A stretch of DNA of 64,000 bases from Prorocentrum cordatum (taxonomy: Eukaryota), in NCBI GenBank assembly GCA_963575745.1, contig CAUYUJ010000320.1:1-64000 (forward strand), written 5' to 3'. This document shows, piece after piece, positions 25,668 through 38,346 of the stretch; the stretch's first letter is position 1; every line of letters begins with the position of its first letter. The position numbers and the translations under genes are program-made. Below the pieces are notes generated by a model. It made no database searches. It had not been told where the DNA came from and worked only from the letters and a program-made list of their open reading frames with translations.

Positions 25668-28600
25668 GACTACACGCAAGAGTGACCCTGGGTAAGAGTG
25701 ACCTTTGGTGCGCGGCCTTGTGGGGGCCGCGGGGGGGGGACCAAACACGAGCGCGCCAGACGCTACCACCGCATCACGCTCGGCGATCGGAGGGCCCAAT
25801 TGGGCCCGCACCCAAGGTCATGACTACCTACCAGACCACCCCAACCCAACCCGAAGACCCGAATTTCGGGTTGGGGGGGGTATGGGCTCCATATGTGTTT
25901 TTTCGATGATCCCGGACCCCCCCCCCACACTGGAAGTGGACGGCAACTTGAGGCCTTCGGGTTGGGTTGGGGTGGCTTGGTGGGTGGTGAGGTCACTCCG
26001 GCGGAAGGGCCACTCTTGCGTGTAGCCGACGCTTCGCCTCCTCGCACAGCGCCAGGCGCAGCCCCGGCTCGGAGGCCGCGTAGGCCAGCACCGTGGGCCG
26101 CACGCGCAGCCGCAGCACGGAGGCGGGCGCCTCGCACCCGCCGCCGCCCTGCGGAGCACCGCCTCGGGCCCGCCCCCTGCTGTGGGCGCCCGTGCCCTCC
26201 GGGGGAGGCCGTGCCCTCCGGGGAGGCCTCGGCCCCAGCGGCCGACGCCGCCTCCGTCGGAGCGGTTCGCGGCAGCCGCCCCCGCGCGGAGGGTTCCAGA
26301 GGAGGGGGAGGAGGGGGGGGGGTTCAGGGGAGGGGGTTTGGGGTCCCCCAGGGGCTTCGAGCCCTCCGTTTTGACGAGGTTCCGAGGGCCCTGGGGGGCT
26401 CTCTGGAAAACCCTCCCCAAACAACCCCCATCTGGAACCCTCCGGCCCACGCCTCGAGGGGGCTGGGCTGGTGGCGCCGTGACCCGCTGGGGAGTGGGGG
26501 TAGGCCCGGACGATGCTGACCTGCGCAGGGCTCCGCCGCAGGGGGATCTGCACGTTGCAGTCGCCGTCCGCGCCGAGGATGCCGGTGCTGTCCTGCCAGC
26601 ACTCGTTGCTCCAGAACAGGCGGGCTCCGAACCCGTCCGCCAGCGGACGCGCCGACGCCGCGGCGTCCGCAGTGTAAAGCTCCCCCACCTCCTGGTGAGG
26701 GGCAACGGCAGGGTTAGGTCGGGCATGTCCTCCTACAGGCGGACTTTGGAAGAAAAATACAAACGAAAAACAGGCAATAGCTACCATTGGTCAGAAGAGC
26801 ACGAACGTCACCAGACTGACTGTGTTTTACTATTCTTGGAAACTCCTCCTGCCAAAGGACATGCCCGACGTAAGGGTGGGGGCCGGACTGGCAAACGGAG
26901 GGGGGAGACACCGACCTGGATCGACCGACCTGGAGGAGGAGGAGGAGGAGGAGGAGGAGGAGGAGGAGGAGGAGGAGGAGGAGGAGGAGGAGGAGGAGGA
27001 GGAGGACCGGGGGGGAGACATCGATCTGGACTCGGCGAAACAGCGCCGATGCATCGGCGAAGTAGGCCCCGAGAGCGAACACGCACGGTCGGGGGCGGAG
27101 CGGGGCCATCCAGCCCCCCGGCGGCGCGGCCTCCATGGGCGAGTGGGGGTCGCGATACGATCCCCCCGAGCCTGTCGGGAGGCCACATGCGAACCCTACA
27201 GGGCAGTTTTTAGTACATGGGATTTAAGCACACATAGGATCTTTAATACATGATTCATGTATGAATAAATGTATGCGTGAACTCATCATTGTTTTCAATA
27301 CGAACCCCTGCATGTTTAATACATGATCCGCACGCGGAGCATGTATAAAAAAGGGCACTGTACCCCCCCCCCCGTAGAAATCGTAGGGTGGTGGGGTAGG
27401 GTTCGCATGTGGCCTCCTACCTGTCCCACCCCCCCCCCCAAGAGATCCGACGCTCTAGAAAAACATTGGAGCGCGGGCGGCTTGGGGCCGTCTTCGGCCT
27501 TCAGGGGGGGGCCCTCGCCAAGTCTCGGGGCCGTCAGCGAAAAACACCTCAGGCTCAAAAAACCGCTGGGAAGTGGCCCAGACCTCTGGGGCCCACGGAT
27601 TCGAAAAACTTGGAGCAGCCGGATGTCTGGGCCCAACCGAGGCAAACGGTCATCGTGCTGGGAGCAGGGGGTGGGGAGGCATGAACTGCATGAACAATAG
27701 CCCCGCGGCTGCAATGCACGATGCCTGCGGCCGCCTGCGCGTCATGGCATCCTCATCCCTCCCGGCCCCAGCCTCCCAGCCCGATGGCTGTGCTCCTGAC
27801 CAACGTTGCCCCCGACTGAAGGGGCCACAGGGCACACAAATAAATACACACAAACAAACAGATCCCCCATATTTTACAATATTTTCGGGGTTTTGGTCTT
27901 CCCCCCCACTTCCCATATTTTCCCACATTTCCTGGGGAATCGAGAATGAATCGTGTCTGTGTGATTCTCTTCCTCCTGACCGACTCCTGCACCGCGCCGC
28001 CCACGGAGCACAGCAGCGGCCCGGTGGCGTTCCGGGACACGTCCGCCAGGACCCCCTTGACGCTGAAGACGTAGCAGTCCGCCCACCGGAAGAGGAGGCG
28101 CAGGTCCTGGTGGCGGCCCAGCCCCGTGCGGCACTCGCGCAGGCCCTCGTCCGACCTATAGGAGAAGCACAAGCGGCATGCACAGGAACGCTCGGCGCTC
28201 CGCGCGGGTCTTTCTCGGATCTGCGCTGGACCCTCCTCCCCTTGCGCGCGGAGCGCGCCGGGCGCGGCGCCAGAGGCGCCGCCGGGGGGGGCCCAGTGCG
28301 GATCCAAGAAATCAGCGCGGAGCGCCACAAGTTTATGTTTATGGCGTTTTTCCTCCGTCGACGACCGCTGCTCCAGGAGCGCGGACGGGAGCGAGTTCTC
28401 GAAGGACCAGCGGCGCCACGTGCGGTTGATGGACTCTTGTTCGCCCGCGAGCTCCTGCGCGAGCAGAATGGCCTCCTCCTCCGCGGGCTTCTCGTGCCAG
28501 CCGTGGGCAACGAGGATGTGGCTGGCCCGCACCGTCGTCGACAGGATGCCGCGGTTCTTCTGCCGCGCCAGGAGCAGGTGCCAGCCCGCGGCGGTCTCCA

Positions 28601-29210
28601 CCGGGCCCAGGACCTTGCCGAGCTCCAGCTCCTCGGGGGGGGCCCAGAGGAGCGGGCCCACGGCGGAGGGAAGAGGTGGACTGAGCATGGCCAAGACGTC
28701 GCGGGGTCTTGTCGGTGCAGATCTTGGTCATGGCCCATGCTGGCCGTTCGGCTACACGCAAGATTGAACCTGGACAAGAGTGACCTTTGGTGCGCGGCTT
28801 CTTGTGGGGCCGCGGGGGGACCGACCACGACTGCGGAAGACGCTACTGCCGCATCCCGTGCGGCGATCGGGGGACCCCAGTGGGCCCGCACCCAAGGTCA
28901 CCCTGGCGAAGGGTCACTCTTACGTGTAGTTGAGCCGTCGCCGGCCCGCGAGGATGATCCACGAATTGATGCTGGCCAAGACGGACAGTGACCAAGCGCG
29001 GCACCACGTCTCTGCATTCGGTCTTGGTCATGGTCTTCATCTCTTCCCTGACTACCTACCAGACCACCCCAACCCAACCCGAAGACCCGAATTTCGGGTT
29101 GGGGGTAAGGATTCCACACGTGTTTTTTCGATGTTTCCCGACCCCCCCCAACTGGAAATCGAGGGTAAATCTGAGCCTTCGGGTTGGGTTGGGGTGGTTT
29201 GGTGGGTGGT
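25668..29210. repeat. Two TIR families, each present twice: CTACACGCAAGAGTGACC... (25668-26026, 28750-28930) and ACCACCCCAACCCAACCCGAAG... (25823-25990, 29050-29210)
   Basis: Inverted termini and near-identical pairs seen directly; the second family is nested in the first at 25.8 kb. Confidence 0.7.
26040..28155 (-). CDS. Host gene linker exons of unknown function (27987-28155, 26521-26691, ~26040-26149)
   Basis: Coding-like composition, AG acceptors, phase-compatible joins. Confidence 0.5.
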
Positions 29211-29582
29211 GATTCCCCTCCAAGAAGCTTCCGCTATCGCGGACCTCGTGGGTCGACGCTGGACCCCCTGGCCCCGCGCCCCTTCTGTGGCGGGTGCGGG
29301 GAGGGGGGGGCCAGCGCCGACCCCAGAAATCCGCGGCTGTGCTTCGTGCGCCATCGTGCGGCGGGCAACCCGATCCTTGTCGAACAGGGCGGCCTCGATG
29401 GCTGGGTGCATCTGGCCCCTCTCCACGTCGCCGAGGTCGCCGCCGACGTCCCTGGTGCCGAGGCAGGCGGAGTACGCGCGCGCGGCCGCGTCGAAGTCGT
29501 CGGGAAACGCCAGGCAGGGCGCGAGGGCGCGGCAGAAGGCCTCGGCGTCGAGCATCCCGGGCGCCCAAGCGCGCTCGCGCTC
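28366..29582 (-). CDS. Host gene exons 29376-29582 and 28366-28631: parvulin/PpiC-type peptidyl-prolyl isomerase domain
   Basis: YSAC....GGDLGDVERGQMHPAIEAALF|..LGKVLGPVETAAGWHLL, then VRASHILV. Confidence 0.75.
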
Positions 29583-30682
29583 CTGTGAGCACGCTTTTTT
29601 CTGGTTCGCGCAGCATCCACTGGCGCTACGTGATCGTCACCGTTGCGGGAGGCGGCCAAGCCAGGAATGCCGCACGCGATGTCATCGGCAGCGAAATGCC
29701 CCAGGAAGGGAGGGGAGGGCAGTAGAGGGGATAAGGGCGTTGTGCGGAGACCCCCACGCGGCACTGAGGGAACAGGGTCCTGAGGGAAACGGGTACTGAA
29801 CCCCAGGCTTTCCCCCAAAATAGCTTGTCCCCTAGAGTAGTCTTGCTGACGGTCCTGGGGACCAGGAAGAGCCTGTGGGAGGCCGAAGGCAGCGAACAAA
29901 ACTCAGGACACCTTTCACTCAGGACATATTTTCCTCATGCTGTCTCTGAGTAAGACAATTATCGTATTGGGAGGACGGGGTTTGGAGAATACAGGGTATG
30001 AGCAAATGCACCCGGATGCAATGAACGACACCTTCGCCCGCCTACGTCTAGCGAAAGGGAAATGTGTTGTTACCGCAGCGCATGTGCCGCCAATCCAACA
30101 CCGCGCAAGCTTCCTAAGAAGCGGGTTGCAACCAGCAGCCTACTTCGTGGCCCTCTCGGCGCCCTGCGAACTTCCCAAGACGCAGGTTGCATCCTGCAGC
30201 CTGCTTCGTGGCCCTCGCAGGGCCCACTTGGAGCCCCGCCGAGGCCTTCGGTGGGGCCGTCCAAGAGCCCTCTTGTGTGTGTTCTGGGCCCTCTCAAAGC
30301 CATCTTGGACCATCTCATGTGTTGAAGCGACGCGGCGAACACTGGAGGTGGACCAAGGGCATGAACAATGATGGGCGTTTCTGGTAATTGCCCTGTGAAT
30401 AATGCTTCTTGTATCAGGTTGCGCATTGCGATTCGTTGCGGATGCGATGAGTGGGAACGTCGTTTCCAGCGATATGAACGCGAAGAACCAACCCAAGTTC
30501 AAGCAGAAGTACCAGCGCAATCGGCAGGCAACTCAAGCTGCAGCGGAGTTGGAGGATGCGACGGCCCATGCCCGTGCACATGCCAGTCTAAGAAATACCT
30601 TCAACAAACGCGACACCACATATGATATGATCAATTCTCCCAACCCCAGCCTCCCAACCCGATCATTGTCTTTCTGAATCTC

Positions 30683-31675
30683 CTGGCCGCCCTCGTCGCA
30701 CATGCCGGGCGGCGCCGACGCTGGCGCCAGAGCGGACTGCTGCAAGCCCCAGAGGTCCTCTAGCTGCGCCAAGCCAGGCGGCTCTCCACCGCAGAAGGCT
30801 GCTGTGAAGTATGCCGTCCTGCCCTTGTTGCACATCAGGTCGCCTGGAGCGAAGAAATTATCCCAGAGGAGGCAGAAGTCGCCGCTGCACATGTCCTGGC
30901 TCCGGAGCCACGCGAGGAGCCCCTTGTACCTTGCTGCGGCACTGTCGGAGAGGGAGCATACCTGGTCCACTGCTTCCTTCGTGCACGACATAATATCTGG
31001 CATGCACCTGCAGAATGTGCAGTCAGGTTCCAGCTTGGGCAATGCAGCTTGCAAGGTGTCCGAGGCCTCCTCCAGCTCGGCCCGCAAGCTGGAGACCAAC
31101 CTTGCGACGTCCTCCAGGGTAACATTCACTCTTTTATTCAGCACCTCCGTCCCAGCAGCATCCTTTGTGATACTGCGGCGCACGTTCAAGAAGCACGGCC
31201 ACAGCTCGTGAACTAGCTGCTGGGCCTTATCCCGAGCACCGTGAAAGAACACGTCGAGAACAAAGTGTCGCAGGTCCCTGCCCTCTGAGTCCTTGATACC
31301 CTCCAGCATCGCTAGGGCCTGCAGATCGAAGCCATCTGCCTGCCCGCGGCCCGTGCCTCCGTTCAGGTGGTTGCCCACCGCGAGGACGATCCCCAAGAGA
31401 GTGCTCAGCGCTTCTGCGCTGTGGAAGCAGTCGATAATGTCGAGAAAACTCTCGAGGGCCCGCGCGCACTCCGCGGCCCGCTCTCGACAGCTGCGAGCAG
31501 CGCTCCAGCAGGAGATCTGCTCGCGACACAGGGGCAGCGCACCCAGGGCGCCGCAGAAGTCGCGCAGCTGCGCCGGCGCATGCGGGCACGCCGCCCCGGC
31601 GCCGCTCGGGCCCCTGCACAGGTGCTCGCGCACGTCCGCGAGCTCCTGGGTGCTCAGGGCCCCCTCGTCCAGGTC
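30683..31675 (-). CDS. Host gene exon: formin FH2 domain, C-terminal part
   Basis: LLGIVLAVGNHLNGGTGRGQADGFDLQALAMLEGIKD matches the FH2 GNxxN..RG.A.GF motif; TAG acceptor, GA donor, phase 0. Confidence 0.85.
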
Positions 31676-32256
31676 CTAAGGGGGGACGCCCACAGGCCAC
31701 GGCGCCGGGCCCGGCCAGGCTCGTGCGAGGGCCCGGGGTCGGTGCCGCTGCCTCCTCGGCCAGGGCCTGAGGGCGTATATAGGCATGGGCCTCGGGCCGA
31801 AGACTGGAAGAAGAGCACACTGCAGAAGCACAAGCCATAAACTTTTGGAGGTCCGCGCGGATTTTTCTTGGATCTGCGCTGGACCCCCCTCCCCTTGCGC
31901 GCGGAGCGCGCCAGGCGCGGCGCTGGAGGCGCCGACGGGGGGAGGGCCCGCGCGGATCCCAGAGATCCGCGCGGACCGCCACAAGTTTATGTTTTGTGGC
32001 GTGTTTCCGTCTTCGGCCCTCGTCGACCAAGTCCTGAGGGCGTAGGCACCGACCTTGGGCCAAGCATGGGCCCGGGCCAGGATGAGTGGCGAGGTCTTGC
32101 TTGTGCGGGTCCCAAGAGTATACACCACCACCACCTCTACTCCTCTTCCCTCCTCGTCCCTCCTCTTCATCTCCTCCATCGTGGGAGAGGGAGGGGGCGA
32201 AGGAGGTGGTGGTGGTGTGTAGTGTTTCCCCCCCGTAACTTGACACCCCCGGAGTC

Positions 32257-34500
32257 CGCTACGGCCCGCACCACCTCCGACGCGGGAGGCAGCCTCCCGA
32301 TGGCCACGACGGCCTGCCGGTCCTCAGGAAGGAACTCACGGAAGCTTTTGGTCGTCCCCACGGCAGGCAGGAAGGAAGCTTTTGGTCGTCCCCACGGCAG
32401 GCACGGCAGGCAGGCAGGAAGGAAGGAACTCACGGAAGCTTTTGGTCGTCCCTCACGGAAGCTCAGGAAGGAACTCACGGAAGCTTTTGGGCGCCCAATC
32501 CCGCGCGGATCAGGCATAATAAGAGGAAGCGCCATGAAGATGAACTTTTGGCGCTCAGCGCGGAGTTCTTGGATCTGCGCTGGACCCCCCTCCCCTGGCG
32601 CGCGGAGCGCGCCAGGGGTGGCGCCGGAGGCCGCCGGGGGGGGGGGGCAGCGCGGATCCAAGAAATCCGCGCGGAGCGCCAAAAGTTTATGTTTATGGCG
32701 ATTTTGCTTCTTCGAATAAGGCGTTTCTCTCACACGGCGCTGCTACTGGGCGCTATTGGGTATCATTGAACACTATTCCCGCACGAGCGGGAACTTCCGT
32801 GGCATGAATAAAAAACGAGTCCCGAGGGTAGCAGGCACTGGGGCCCGGGGTCTCCACTGGGCCCGCATCAAAGGTCCCTCCGGCGAAAGGTCACCCTTCA
32901 CCTCTACGGGTCTTGAGAACCCCGCCCAAATACGGTGTAATTGATTCTATCTTCGGCGGCCTTATTCGCGGAACTGAATATTCGTTGTTGCTGGCGGCAC
33001 CCGCCGCCCAACAGCGGCGCCGACAGCTACGACCACGACTGCGACTACGCCTATGAGATCCCAGACATCCGACGTCTCGATTTTTTCGAGACACGGGCCC
33101 CCGACCTCCTCCCGACCACTTCCCCAGGACCCGATGTTCATCCCGAGTCGCTTCTTGACGGTCCAGAAGCCGGGCGAGGGCCCCGAGAGGGCGAAAACGA
33201 CGAACCATGGCCGACTCGATTTTGTCCGAGACGCCCGACGTCTGGGATTGCGACTACGACGACTCGAGACAGGTCCCCCGAGGAGGCAACTTTGGGTGAC
33301 CCAAAAGGGGGTCCAGCTGAAAAGAGGGTGGTGCAATAGATTTGGCGCATTTGTACTGCAAATGCATTGCGCCGGAAAATTGTATTGCCTTGTATTGCAA
33401 GTGTGATGCATTGCACGCGAAGGTCCAGCAGTACACATTTTGCGCCCTGGAATGCGCTGCACGACCCTAAGTGCATGGCAAGCCCCACACATCTCTTGCA
33501 CCAGATCTCTCGCACCACCCCCCTGTCGCCGGACCCCGTTTTGGGCCAAACCCGAGCAACGCAGCCGTTTAGCAGGGACCGACCGTCCCGGTACTCCTAT
33601 AGCCCTACCAGGAAATGCTCTTAGAACCCAACAAAGTTCTAAGAGCAAAAGCAATGCTCTTTGAACATAAGCCCGATGTTTTAAAGCCAAGCCGTCCCAG
33701 CCAGAAATGTTCTAAGAACATTTCGTGGAAGGCAGGCCCATGGGCACGCCAGGACGCTTCGCCGCTGCCTGAAGCCGGTCCTCCTCGGAGGTCTGCCTCC
33801 GCAGCTCTGGCACGGCGGCGAAGGAACAACAGCAAGAAGAAGGAAAAGAAGAACAGGAACAACAGCAACACCAACACAACACCCCCCTGTCGCTGGACCC
33901 CCTTCTGGGCCAACCCGAGCCGCGCAACACGGTTAAAACAGGGCTAGGATCGGGATAAATCGCTCCAGAGCGTTCCGGAGCGCTCTCAGAGCGTTCTGGA
34001 ACGCCCTGGAGCGGTCGCGGCGCCCAATACATCCTCCAAACCCGCCGATTCTCAGACTGGGTAGTCGAAGCCAATCTGGCGCCAATCTGGCAGGCCCAAT
34101 CTCGCAAACGGGGGCAATCTGGCGAGGGAGCCAACGCGAATCCAGTCTGGCGAATAACCCAAATCATCCAGTGTGGCCAGGCCAGATTGGCCCTTGGGGC
34201 CCAATCCAATCTGACAGTCTGGCCTTCGACTACCCAGTCAGAGATTTCGAGTTATCCCGATCCGATGTTGTCCCGATCTTCGCGTCGTTCTATGGACCCC
34301 CTTCTGGGCCAACCCGAGCCGCGCAGCACGCTCCTCCTCGGAGGTCTGCCTCCGCAGCCCCGGCACGGCGGCGGGCACCTCCTCCCCGGGGCGCCGCGAC
34401 CGGAACCGGCGCAGGCGGCCCTCCAGCTCGCCGGCCGGCAGCCGCGCGCGGCAGTCCGGCACCGCGTCCCACACGGTGGGGCCCAGGGCGCCCTCGGCGG
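32257..34500 (-). CDS. Probable upstream FH2 exons (~32257-32360; ~34400-34500)
   Basis: EFLPEDRQAVVAIGRLP and GPTVWDAV..LPAGELE resemble the FH2 N-terminal (lasso/knob) motifs; boundaries approximate. Confidence 0.45.
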
Positions 34501-35974
34501 GCACAATTGAAGGGGCCCTGGGACACACACAAATAAGTACACACAAATAAAAAGATATTCCCCATCTTTTCCAAGATTTTCTGGGTTTTTGTCTTCCCCC
34601 CCACTTCCCATATTTTCGCATATTGTCTGGGACATCGACGGTTCATTGTGTCTGTGTGCTTCTTTCCCTCCTGAACAATAAGGAAATTATCCCAGACAGG
34701 GGGCGTCTCGAACAAAAACCGAGGGGCGGAGGGATGAGCATCTTCGTCGTCTCTGGCCTCCACGGGGGCCCTCGCCGGGCCTCGGGGCCGTCAACAAAAC
34801 GGCTCGAGATGAAACATCGGTCCCGGGGAAGTGGTCGGGAGGTCGGGGGCCTGTGTCTCGAAAAAGTAGAGACGTCGGATCGATGTCTGGGAGGAAAATC
34901 GGGGGGGGGACGCAAGGGTAGGATGGCAACGGACAGGGTAGAGAATCAGTGTCCCTGGCGATGGCAGTAAGGGTACAGCTCCCGCAGCGGGTTACCCTGG
35001 CGCCTCCCGGCGCTGGGAGGTGCCCATGTAATATCAATGAATGGGCCCGGAGGGGCGGAAAAGCCAGCTGCATGCAGCAGATTTCAGAATCCCCCCTTTC
35101 CCTATCCCCCCTTTTCGCGCGGCCCAAGACAAGCGGGCCTAGAAGCCCAGAGATCCGAGGACATGATTTTTTCAGTGCGGCGTTTTTCCCTGGCTTTCGC
35201 CCTCCAGGGCCCATTCGCGAGCCCAGGGGCCATGCAAAACGGGTCGGGGATGAAAACCGCGCCCCTGGGGAAGGGGTCGGCACCTCTGGGGCCGCGGGTG
35301 TTGCTACACGAGCCCGAGGTGCCCCCACAGGAGTTCCAAGGAGGCCACCGCGGCCCCTATAGAGCACCCCTCGCGAGGCCCAGAGGGCCCCAGGCGCTCC
35401 ACCACAGAGGGGGACGCTGGGAGCACCAATTTGGGCCAGGGACACCCCTCTGCAACCTCCGAACTGGGCATCGCTCGGACGTCCATTCCCTGCGTTTCTT
35501 TCGGTTTCGTGCGCGTTTTTTTTTTCGCCAAACGATCAAGGATGCTCCTCGGTGGTCCTCGCCGAAGAAAAAGTGCACACGTCCGAACGACGCCAAGGGA
35601 AGGGAACGGGCCCCGAGACCCTGGCGTCGCAGCTCCTGCTCGCCGCGGGCGGCGTCGCTGCCTCCGCCCGGGCCCCGCGGGGCCCTCACCGCGGCTCGGC
35701 CCGGCGGGGAAAATCCGGCAGGGGTGGGGCCCGGGGCCCCGGTGGTGACTTTTCTGTCCCAGAGGTCTCTTTTTTCAGAAAAAGTGAAAATTTTCAAAAC
35801 CACTGTTTTTTTTCAAACGCCCGCGAAAAGTTGAAAAAAAACGAAACAACCTTTTTTATTCATCCTGGAGGCCCCGAACACCAGTTTTGCAGGCCACGCC
35901 GCCATCACATGGCCCAAATAAGCGTTTGCACGAGTGGAGAATCGAGATGACCCGTATATTTACATACAAAGTTG

Positions 35975-36262
35975 TATGTGTGTATGTATGCATGCATGCA
36001 TGCATGCATGCATGTATGTATGCATGCATGCATGTATGCATGCATGCATGCGTGAATGCATGCATGCATGTGTTTGCATGCATGCATGCATGCATGTATG
36101 CATGAATGTATGTATGTATATATGTATGTATGTATGGATGGATGGATGGATGGATGGATGGATGGATGGATGCATGTTTGTTTGCATGTATGCATGCATG
36201 TATGTTATATATATCTATACACATATATATATATATATACAACTATATATATATATATATAC
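35975..36262. repeat. (ATGC/ATGT/ATGG/AT)n microsatellite
   Basis: Seen directly. Confidence 0.9.
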
Positions 36263-36480
36263 ATTCAGAGTGCACTGTCATGCGTATATCGAATAAACAC
36301 GTATCGGTTCCGTGGCTTGTGGCCGCTGTGGTCGTGGTCCGTGGACAGATGGGGGTGTTGTTCTATTCCACCTCGCCCTATTCCACCCTCCACCTCGCCC
36401 TATTCCATCCTCCTCGCTGGCTGCCTGCGCTAGCATCAAGGCGTGCTAGGCGCCTGCGCAAGCGCCCAGCGGGCCACTGT

Positions 36481-36824
36481 ATGGCGCTGCGCAGGGCCAT
36501 GCTGACGCGGGACCGCGGCGGGCAACTTTCGGGCAACTTTCGGGCAACGTTCGGGCAACTCGGGGAAGTTGCCCGAGCGTTGCCCGAAAGCTGCATGCGG
36601 TCTTACCCACCCCCTCCTCGAGAGGAGGGGGGGAGGAAGAGTTGGAGGAGGAGGAAGAGGAGGAGCTCCTAGGAGGAGGAGGAGGAGGAGGAGGAGCAGG
36701 AGTAGTAGGAGGAGGGGGGCGACGATGACGACGACGAGGGCGAGAACGATAACGAGGGCAAGGGCGAAAAAGATGACAACGACGCCGACGCCGATGCCGA
36801 CGCCGACGCCGCCGACGACAACGC

Positions 36825-36910
<86 letters not shown>

Positions 36911-38346
36911 ACGAGACGACGTTCGGATCCAACCCCCATCTCCGCGCGAGGACAACAACAGCAACATCACGGGTATGGTGCGCAGCAGTGCACATGCAGC
37001 ATCGTCGAGCTCGGCAGCGACGAGTGCGGCAGCATCGGTCGCGCAGGCTTTCCCTAGGGTGGAAGGGAAACGCGATGTAGGATGAGGCATGGATGGATGG
37101 ATGGATGGATGGATGGATGGATGGATGGATGGATGGATGGATGGATGAGGAGGAGGAGGGAGGGGCTCGAAGAGGAGAGGAGGTGGAGGAGGAGGAGGAG
37201 GAGGAGGAGGAAGAGTGTAGCTTTGGTCGGGTTCCCTTTACAGGCACAGTTGGGCATAGTGGAGCCGAGAGTGTACAATCGCCCGATCGACTTGAGCAGC
37301 GACGACGAGCCGCTGTCGAAGATTCCCCGAATGTTAGGCAAGGCAGATGACAACAACGGCAGCGACAGCATCGGCAAAGATCTCGAGGGCATCATCGCAG
37401 CACAACCAGTCGAACAGATAGACAGCAGCCCGCAGCCGATCAGCAGCCCGCAGCAGATCTTGCCCATGCCCCTCTCGGACGCGCAGCCCGAGGGTCACAT
37501 GGGCATTCCCGAGGCGCGAGACTGTTGAAACACCTTCAGGAGGAGGCGGAGGCGGAGTTGGAAGGAGGATGATGAGGAAGGAGGACGATCAAAGGGTAAG
37601 GATGAGGATGAGGAGGAGGAGGAGGAGGAGGAGGAGGAGGAGGAGGAGGAGGAGGGAGGAGGGGGGGGCATGACAATCATATCAAGGGCGCCGTAACGGC
37701 GAGGAAGACGAGGCCCAGACCGATGGCGACGACGAGGACGACGACAATGTCACACATATAAGGTGATGAGGATGATGACGATGCTGACAATGAGGACGGC
37801 ATATATAACGATGTCGTCATCCTCCTCATCAGCTTCGTCCTGGTCCTCGTCCTCGTTCATCTCATCCTCCTCCTCACTCTCCCTCCTCATATCCCCACCG
37901 CCCTCCAAATTCACCACCTCTCTCTCCCCCTCTCTCTCTCGCCTCCACGTTATCCCCCGTCGGAGGCCGAACCATATGCCGACTTATACGACGACGAAGG
38001 GGAATACGACATGGTGGGGGTCGACGTCGAATCGAACGCGATCGGGTCGGCGTGGGGATCGGTCTCCGACGAGGATAGTGCTCCTCACCCCCCTCCCCTT
38101 AACATAACCCTCTTATCTCCTCCTTCTCGCGAGAAGCCGCCGAGCTTACCGCATAGCCCATTCGGACCGTTCCCGCAGGCAGCCGACATTAGCGATCAGA
38201 TCGAGCCAGCCGACCAGCACATCAAGGAGGTGCAGCCCATCGAGTCAACCCTGGCAGAGCCAATCGACGGGCCAACCGAGGAGGATACTGTACCAGGGGA
38301 CCCGCCGCCCGTCGAGCAGGCCAAGAAGGCTCGTGTCACGGAGTGA
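36481..38346 (+). CDS. Cargo gene A, acidic and low-complexity, unknown (exons ~36481-36510?, 36951-37046, 37244-37513, 37966-38073, 38179-38346)
   Basis: Phase-0 AG|G junctions with GC/GA donors between microsatellite introns; ends KKARVTE*; start uncertain. Confidence 0.4.

Larger units (their letters stand above)
22190..27363. repeat. AT-rich interspersed repeat, two copies (~22190-22361, ~27196-27363)
   Basis: Shared taatacatgatccgcacgcggagcatgtat core. Confidence 0.75.
22018..32697. repeat. MITE-like family M1, four ~150-bp intronic copies (~22018-22150, 28190-28345, 31836-31995, 32538-32697)
   Basis: GGCGCTCCGCGCGG.TTTCTTGGATC ... GATCCAAGAAATCCGCGCGGAGCGCC inverted ends. Confidence 0.75.

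Noticed and set aside
29937..30677. Short + strand ORFs in the host intron
   Set aside because: No recognisable motifs, splice logic or codon bias
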